A stretch of DNA of 63,859 nucleotides from Bacilli bacterium (GTDB lineage: Bacteria; Bacillota_I; Bacilli_A; RFN20; CAG-826): contig JBAZCS010000002.1 in the NCBI GenBank assembly GCA_041654855.1, forward strand, positions 1-63,859. The letters run 5' to 3'. Both the position numbers and the translations under genes were made by a program. The first letter of the stretch is position 1; every line of letters begins with the position of its first letter. Below are positions 59,351 to 63,859 of this stretch, piece after piece. The notes below the pieces were generated by a model. It was given only the letters and a program-made list of their open reading frames with translations, was not told where the DNA came from and did not search any database.

Positions 59351-59360
59351 GGGCTTTTTT
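59338..59360 (+). terminator. intrinsic terminator of the mevalonate operon, embedded in two convergent gene ends
   Basis: GCCCTTA-ctc-TAAGGGC (7 bp) followed by T6. The left arm contains the GT2 stop (TTA, reverse complement of TAA) and the right arm contains the fni TAA. Confidence 0.75.
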
Positions 59361-60706
59361 AAACCGTAATGTGTTACTGGTTTCCATTTAACTTTTATAA
59401 ATGGGGCAATCATAAACATTGGAATATAAGACAAGAGAAAAAGAAAGCCAAATAACGGGTAAATTATTTTTTTATACCACGGCATTTTTATTCTTTTCCA
59501 ATCCACGATAATAATTACATAACTCATAAAGGTTGTAAATAAAAATAGGCCAATCCCAAAGTCAATAAGCGTAAATAAATATGTTTGTAAGAAATATTGA
59601 AAGTCATTAGTCATCACATAGTTTACTAAAGACAAGATGCCATAAATTATAAACCAATATATTATGTAAAGTGGAAATGGAGTTAAAAAGACAAAACTTT
59701 CATAGTGAGAAAAACGTTGCTTCATTGTCTTTTTACGTGCAAAAATGGCTTTAAACATGCGAAAAGCATATATTTTGCCAACTTGGAGTAATCCTTTTAC
59801 CCATCTTAATCGTTGGCGGAAACTATCTTTAAACCCACGTGGTTGTTCATCATAAAAGATTGCATTATGAGCGTAGTTTGTTCTTTGTCCGTTATAAAGA
59901 TGGGCTGCAGAAAATTCAATGTCTTCAATTAAACTATGAGTGTTCCATCCTCCTTCTTTTTCAATCTTAGCGAAACTAACAAAGAAGCTCGTACCTGATA
60001 TATAACTACTTAGCCCTAAACGTTCCCGGCCTTTATGGAGCAATGTGCATTCTCTAAGAAATGATAAACCAGTACCGTAACTCCAAAGTGAATCACCAAT
60101 ATTCGTGCTGGAGCGATACGCAGCAATAAGATCACTATTCGTAGCGACGACGACTTTATTTATTTCTTTTAAATATTGCGCGTCATAAACGTTATCAGTG
60201 TCTACAACAATGTAACCTGCAAAGTTTTTATCTTTTTCAATCTTAATTTGTTCTTTAAAGTAGAAATCTAACGCGTAACTTTTGCCAATATTTTCCGTTG
60301 AAAAACGTTCAAAAACGCTAACCCCCATACTTTCGGCTATTTCTTTCGTGCGGTCCGTGCAATTGTCAGCAATCACATGAATCTTTATTTTATCTTGCGG
60401 ATAATCTAAGGCACGGATTGAAGTTATAAGTTGACCGATAACATTTTCTTCGTTCCGCGCACTCGTTACAAATATATATTCGCGGTAGTCATCAGTGTCT
60501 TTATATTTCTTTGTCTTGGAAAAAACCGAGAAAAAACTTAGAAAAACTTGATATAGATAAAAGAAACCAAAAAGTGAAAAAATAATCGTGTTTAAAGTTA
60601 CAATTATTTCTCCAAATGGAGTCGAGGGTAAGACGGCGTATTCACCAAATAATAGTTCAAATAATGAAATGAAAAAGTGCGGTTTTAGTAGCGGATTTAT
60701 GTTCAT
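59342..60706 (-). CDS. membrane-embedded family 2 glycosyltransferase (processive synthase type)
   Basis: 454-aa ORF: 2 N-terminal TM helices, a GT-A core (VTSARNEE, DNCTD, VDTDN, LIEDIEF), QRLRW (QxxRW) and about 4 C-terminal TM helices. Confidence 0.85.
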   Translation of the reverse strand: MNINPLLKPHFFISLFELLFGEYAVLPSTPFGEIIVTLNTIIFSLFGFFYLYQVFLSFFSVFSKTKKYKDTDDYREYIFVTSARNEENVIGQLITSIRALDYPQDKIKIHVIADNCTDRTKEIAESMGVSVFERFSTENIGKSYALDFYFKEQIKIEKDKNFAGYIVVDTDNVYDAQYLKEINKVVVATNSDLIAAYRSSTNIGDSLWSYGTGLSFLRECTLLHKGRERLGLSSYISGTSFFVSFAKIEKEGGWNTHSLIEDIEFSAAHLYNGQRTNYAHNAIFYDEQPRGFKDSFRQRLRWVKGLLQVGKIYAFRMFKAIFARKKTMKQRFSHYESFVFLTPFPLYIIYWFIIYGILSLVNYVMTNDFQYFLQTYLFTLIDFGIGLFLFTTFMSYVIIIVDWKRIKMPWYKKIIYPLFGFLFLLSYIPMFMIAPFIKVKWKPVTHYGLKKPLE

Positions 60707-60712
60707 AACATA

Positions 60713-60718
60713 ATTATA
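60713..60718 (-). promoter_or_regulatory. -10 box TATAAT, 6 nt upstream of the ATG at 60706; candidate leaderless promoter
   Basis: Minus strand reads gaTATAATtatgttATG, with no SD. Confidence 0.45.
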
Positions 60719-60758
60719 TCTTTTGTGCCACGAATTATGATAGGAAGTGATATTATAA

Positions 60759-62006
60759 ATGTGGTCGGTTTTATTAAGAATTATGAGAAAGTTAGCTCAA
60801 AACCATACTTATGAATACTTAAAAGTCGCTTACTTCATTCGCTTCCTTGGCGATGCCTTTTTTTACACTTTCCTTTATGTGTTTTTAAAAAGTTTGGGTT
60901 TTTCAACTGGACAACTTGGATTAATATCCGCGTTAGCGCCTTTCTCCGCGTTAATTGGTTCAATTGTTTTCCAAAAAATTGCTAAGAATTTAGATGTTAA
61001 CCGTATATTAATGGTCATCTTTGGCTTTTTAGAATTAATCGTCGCTTTACTCTTTTCGATATTTAATAACGAATCATTTGTTTTCTATGCGATTATTATT
61101 GGTTTAGTTAGTTTACTAAATGGGCCATTTTATGCTTTGCTTGATGGTTATAGCGGCACTTATATATCAGCCCGGAATAAACAATATTCTTCTATGCGTA
61201 TGATGGGAACAATAAGTTATGTTATTGGTCCTTTAGCAGGTGGCTTGCTCGTTGATTTTGCTGGGGTTGGTTATAGCACCCTTTTCTTTGTCGCAGCAAT
61301 ATTCTTATTTTTATCTTTTATTATTACTATGTTCTTTCCAAAACAAAATATTGATGAAGTTGAATCCTCTTTACCGCCTGAAGAAAAAGACCGCATTAAA
61401 CTATCAAAGCATCCTGATCTTATTGCTTATCTTATCTTTAACTTCTTTGTAATCGCCCTAAGCATTGTTAGTGATAATTTCTTTGGTGTTTATATAACTG
61501 AGGTTAAAGGACTTACGACCGCGCAATATGGTTATTTAATATCCGCGGCCATCTTTGTGGAAACGATTGCTTTTATTTTTATTATTTTCCGCAAGAATAT
61601 GTTCCAAAATTCAACCTTCTCTTATATATTCATGGGTTTACTCGTATTAACAAGACCGCTTATCTCCGCGCTTAATCCGCCACTTTACGTCATTATTGCT
61701 TTTTCATTGTTAAGAGGGATAGGCTGGGGATATTTCCTCGTCTTTAACGTTAAGTTTTTAGCGCGAGTCATACCTTTAAAGTATTTAACACAAGCTCTAT
61801 TCATGGTATCCATTGCCTCGACTGTGGGGCGCATTATCGCTAGTTTAACGATCGGTGAATTATTAAATAACTTAAGTTATGAAATCGTCTTTACGATTGT
61901 TTCTACATTAATTGTTTTAGGTATTACTTTAAGTGTAATCGTCTCGGAATATAGTAAAAAACAAGAAAAAAGAGCCGCCGAAGCCGCTCTTAATGTAAGT
62001 GAATAA
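60759..62006 (+). CDS. MFS transporter
   Basis: 415-aa ORF with 12 TM helices. The start is uncertain (ATG at 60759 or at 60783). Confidence 0.75.
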   Translation: MWSVLLRIMRKLAQNHTYEYLKVAYFIRFLGDAFFYTFLYVFLKSLGFSTGQLGLISALAPFSALIGSIVFQKIAKNLDVNRILMVIFGFLELIVALLFSIFNNESFVFYAIIIGLVSLLNGPFYALLDGYSGTYISARNKQYSSMRMMGTISYVIGPLAGGLLVDFAGVGYSTLFFVAAIFLFLSFIITMFFPKQNIDEVESSLPPEEKDRIKLSKHPDLIAYLIFNFFVIALSIVSDNFFGVYITEVKGLTTAQYGYLISAAIFVETIAFIFIIFRKNMFQNSTFSYIFMGLLVLTRPLISALNPPLYVIIAFSLLRGIGWGYFLVFNVKFLARVIPLKYLTQALFMVSIASTVGRIIASLTIGELLNNLSYEIVFTIVSTLIVLGITLSVIVSEYSKKQEKRAAEAALNVSE

Positions 62007-62012
62007 TTAGTG

Positions 62013-62498
62013 TTAGGCTAAACTATCGACTACTTTAATTGAATAACTAACAACACTATTTAAAGCGGTGCCATCATGGTCATCGCTATTTTCAAATATA
62101 AAGTTTGCTTTAAACTTTTTACCAGATAACGCTAGTTCTAGCCAATATTTATCATCATCCCACATTTCTTCAAACGGAATGTTATCAAAATAAAACCATG
62201 AAGGAAGCATTTCTTCGGATTCTAAAACTTCACCTTCCCATTTCGTACAGACAAATAAGTGCATACGAAGGGGATAACTTTCGCCAAATTCAATTTCCGC
62301 AGCTTTATAATATTCAACCATATCTAAGCCGACTTCTTCTTTAGCTTCACGAATCGCCGCTTCTACAATTGTTTCGCCACTTTTAAGTTTTCCCCCGAAA
62401 CCATTATACTTTTGGGCGCCGAATCCTCTTTTCTTTAAACCAAGTAATACTTTATTTTCTTTAACAAAGAGTACATTTGTTACATCTTTAATTTCCAT
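62013..62498 (-). CDS. Nudix hydrolase (MutT/8-oxo-dGTPase-like)
   Basis: 161-aa ORF with Nudix box GGKLKSGETIVEAAIREAKEEVGL. Confidence 0.88.
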   Translation of the reverse strand: MEIKDVTNVLFVKENKVLLGLKKRGFGAQKYNGFGGKLKSGETIVEAAIREAKEEVGLDMVEYYKAAEIEFGESYPLRMHLFVCTKWEGEVLESEEMLPSWFYFDNIPFEEMWDDDKYWLELALSGKKFKANFIFENSDDHDGTALNSVVSYSIKVVDSLA

Positions 62499-62542
62499 AA
62501 TTACTCCTTTCCTAATAAAAGGGTGACAATAGTCACTTGGTT

Positions 62543-62571
62543 AATATACAAGAAATAACGATAATTTTCAA
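62543..62571 (-). promoter_or_regulatory. promoter of the Nudix gene
   Basis: Minus strand has TTGAAA, a 17-nt spacer and TATATT, with SD AGGAAAGGAG downstream. Confidence 0.6.
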
Positions 62572-62657
62572 GGAAGAACCTATATAAGTTTGTTGTTACT
62601 ACAGAGGAAAAGTGCCAATGTTTTTAAAGAATGCAGCGTTTTAGTGTAATTTTAAGT

Positions 62658-62686
62658 AAAGAAAAAACACATCTTACGATGTGTTT
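62658..62686 (-). terminator. intrinsic terminator after the small TM gene
   Basis: A 9-bp stem AAACACATC/GATGTGTTT with a 4-nt loop, then a U-run on the minus strand. Confidence 0.85.
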
Positions 62687-62706
62687 CCCTTATTATTCTT
62701 TCGTAA

Positions 62707-62913
62707 TTAAGCAAGGACTGTGTAGTCTTTGTTAAGGATTAACGTAACAATGTCGACGATCCAGAGGATTCCAAATCCGCCGGCGGTGATGAGGTAGAGA
62801 ATTCCCCAAAGTAAGCGTCCACGAACGATACGAATGACCGCACCCCAAATGGCTCCTACGAAGATTTGTAAGAGAAGGTGGGCAATCCAAGGTAGTCCAA
62901 ATTCTTTAACCAT
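62707..62913 (-). CDS. small two-TM membrane protein (TM2-domain-like)
   Basis: 68-aa ORF with SD AGGAGGAAA. GILYLITAGGFGILWIVDIV resembles the TM2 domain C-terminal half. Confidence 0.65.
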   Translation of the reverse strand: MVKEFGLPWIAHLLLQIFVGAIWGAVIRIVRGRLLWGILYLITAGGFGILWIVDIVTLILNKDYTVLA

Positions 62914-62944
62914 TTTATTTCCTCCTAATGGTATTTATGTATAT

Positions 62945-62972
62945 ATTATACAAATATATAAACCTTTTTCAA
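62945..62972 (-). promoter_or_regulatory. promoter of the small TM gene
   Basis: Minus strand has TTGAAA, a 16-nt spacer and TATAAT, with TG adjacent to the -10. Confidence 0.6.
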
Positions 62973-63367
62973 AATAGACACATAATAAATACATAATTAT
63001 TAGCGTATACCTTTCTTGATTCATTTGCCATGGCGTTACCAGTCGTTTTTAAGTTTTCCATCATATCTTCATAAGTCGCAAATAGTTGGTCATATGTTTC
63101 TAGATAATTATGGACCGTTAATAAGTCACTGATCGTATGTTCCCAACCGTCATTTGATATAACAAATATAGGTCATGACCGAAGGATGTGACATATGTTC
63201 TTTTATAATCCGCGTGAATTGATGTTTAATAATTTCACTTTCATCGATATTAAATTCATGGGGGAAGGAAGTTCAATCCAATTTAATAACCCATTAATAT
63301 CAGCGAGATAGAAAAATAGTTTACTTTCAATCTTTTCGTGCTTGCGTACACCATTAAATCCGGCCCG
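62969..63367 (-). pseudogene. 5'-truncated, twice-frameshifted gene remnant of unknown family
   Basis: Three consecutive coding-like fragments lie in three frames: [36 protein letters not shown] / [36 protein letters not shown] / PIFVISNDGWEHTISDLLTVHNYLETYDQLFATYEDMMENLKTTGNAMANESRKVY. There is no start codon and no ORF of 60 aa or more. Confidence 0.4.
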
Positions 63368-63451
63368 TTACAAACCACCCTGGTTTATATATTTATTGTA
63401 GCGTATGTATCATAAATAATAAATATTATTAATTTAATCACGATTATCAGT

Positions 63452-63487
63452 GTTAAAAGAGAAAACAGGAAGTCTTCACTCCCTGTT
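63452..63487 (-). terminator. intrinsic terminator after degV
   Basis: Minus strand has AACAGG(G)-loop-CCUGUU followed by UUCUCUUUU. Confidence 0.5.
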
Positions 63488-63522
63488 AATTAGATTGTTA
63501 AAGATTTGTTTGTGATTATTAC

Positions 63523-63859
63523 TTATTTACGGATATAAAGGACACCAATTGTTCCTTCACCACAGTGACTTGAGATGACTGCACCAGCGTTTGTAACAAC
63601 AATGTTTTCACGATCGACAAACTTCGTTAAACGTTCAATACAATAATCAACACGTGTCCCACCATGACTATGGGTAATCATAACGCGGGGGCTTTCTAAT
63701 CCAGCGGTAATTTCTTTTTCTGCGACATCAAGCATGACATCAAGAGCTTTTTCACTCTTCCCTTTCGGAGTCGCCGCTACTTCTAACTTATCGTCGTTAA
63801 CTTGAAGATAAGGATGAGCTCTTAAAATACGACCAAAGAATAATTTCATACCAGTAACG
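63523..63859 (-). CDS. degV: DegV family fatty-acid-binding protein, C-terminal part (gene runs off the window)
   Basis: The reading frame is open to the window edge. The C-terminus AVISSHCGEGTIGVLYIRK is typical of DegV. Confidence 0.75.
   Translation of the reverse strand, partial: VTGMKLFFGRILRAHPYLQVNDDKLEVAATPKGKSEKALDVMLDVAEKEITAGLESPRVMITHSHGGTRVDYCIERLTKFVDRENIVVTNAGAVISSHCGEGTIGVLYIRK

Noticed and set aside
60736-60783. Leaderless geometry for the MFS gene at 60759
   Set aside because: The TATTAT box is only 2 nt from the ATG, and an alternative TATGAT/AGGAAG arrangement is equally possible. The start codon (60759 or 60783) is unresolved, so it is not counted among the leaderless cases.

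Overview
This is a 63.9-kb, gene-dense, A+T-rich chromosomal segment. It reads cleanly with the standard genetic code: all long ORFs are intact with UGA as stop, and Trp is TGG. Most genes lie on the minus strand. Gene content and order suggest a low-GC Bacillota/Mollicutes-type organism. Acholeplasma-like is my guess, by inference only.

Layout, left to right:
- cysS, a HAD phosphatase and a membrane protein.
- The complete alpha/spc/S10 ribosomal supercluster (2729-17514). It has 28 r-protein genes including a 37-aa rpmJ missing from the ORF track, plus rpoA, infA, map, adk and secY. There is no L30 gene.
- One long minus-strand polycistron (28586 down to 17843): pcrA-ligA-gatCAB-queT-tgt-queA-queH, with a preQ1-I-type riboswitch directly in front of queT.
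- Three coupled membrane-protein genes of unknown function.
- asnS, then the t6A genes tsaD-rimI-tsaB-tsaE, a DUF402 gene, a two-TM protein and a Sel1-repeat protein.
- A ThiT-type thiamine transporter behind a clear TPP riboswitch, then ung.
- An approximately 8-kb convergent surface-polysaccharide locus: two GT-B glycosyltransferases, a Wzx-like flippase and a TupA-like ATP-grasp gene facing a possible GT-D-like enzyme, a Wzy-like membrane protein and a lipoprotein.
- tcdA, an alpha/beta hydrolase, a PPi-type phosphofructokinase and glyA.
- glpQ, an MFS gene and a NagD-like HAD gene.
- A small TM protein and a TctA-like permease fused to the lower mevalonate pathway (mvk-mvaD-mvaK2-fni).
- A QxxRW GT2 synthase, an MFS gene, a Nudix gene, a small TM2-like protein, a roughly 400-bp frameshifted gene remnant and the 3' part of degV.

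I recognised no tRNA, rRNA, CRISPR array, intact mobile element or obvious defence system.

The observations most worth a second look are:
- the permease-plus-mevalonate operon;
- the roughly 120-aa Lys/Ala/Pro-rich N-terminal domain on ribosomal protein L5;
- a window-wide pattern of -10 boxes sitting 6-7 nt from SD-less start codons, which suggests leaderless mRNAs;
- the unassigned membrane-protein operon at 28.6-30.7 kb;
- the minus-strand half of the polysaccharide locus.

All family assignments come from reading motifs by eye. No database search was run.
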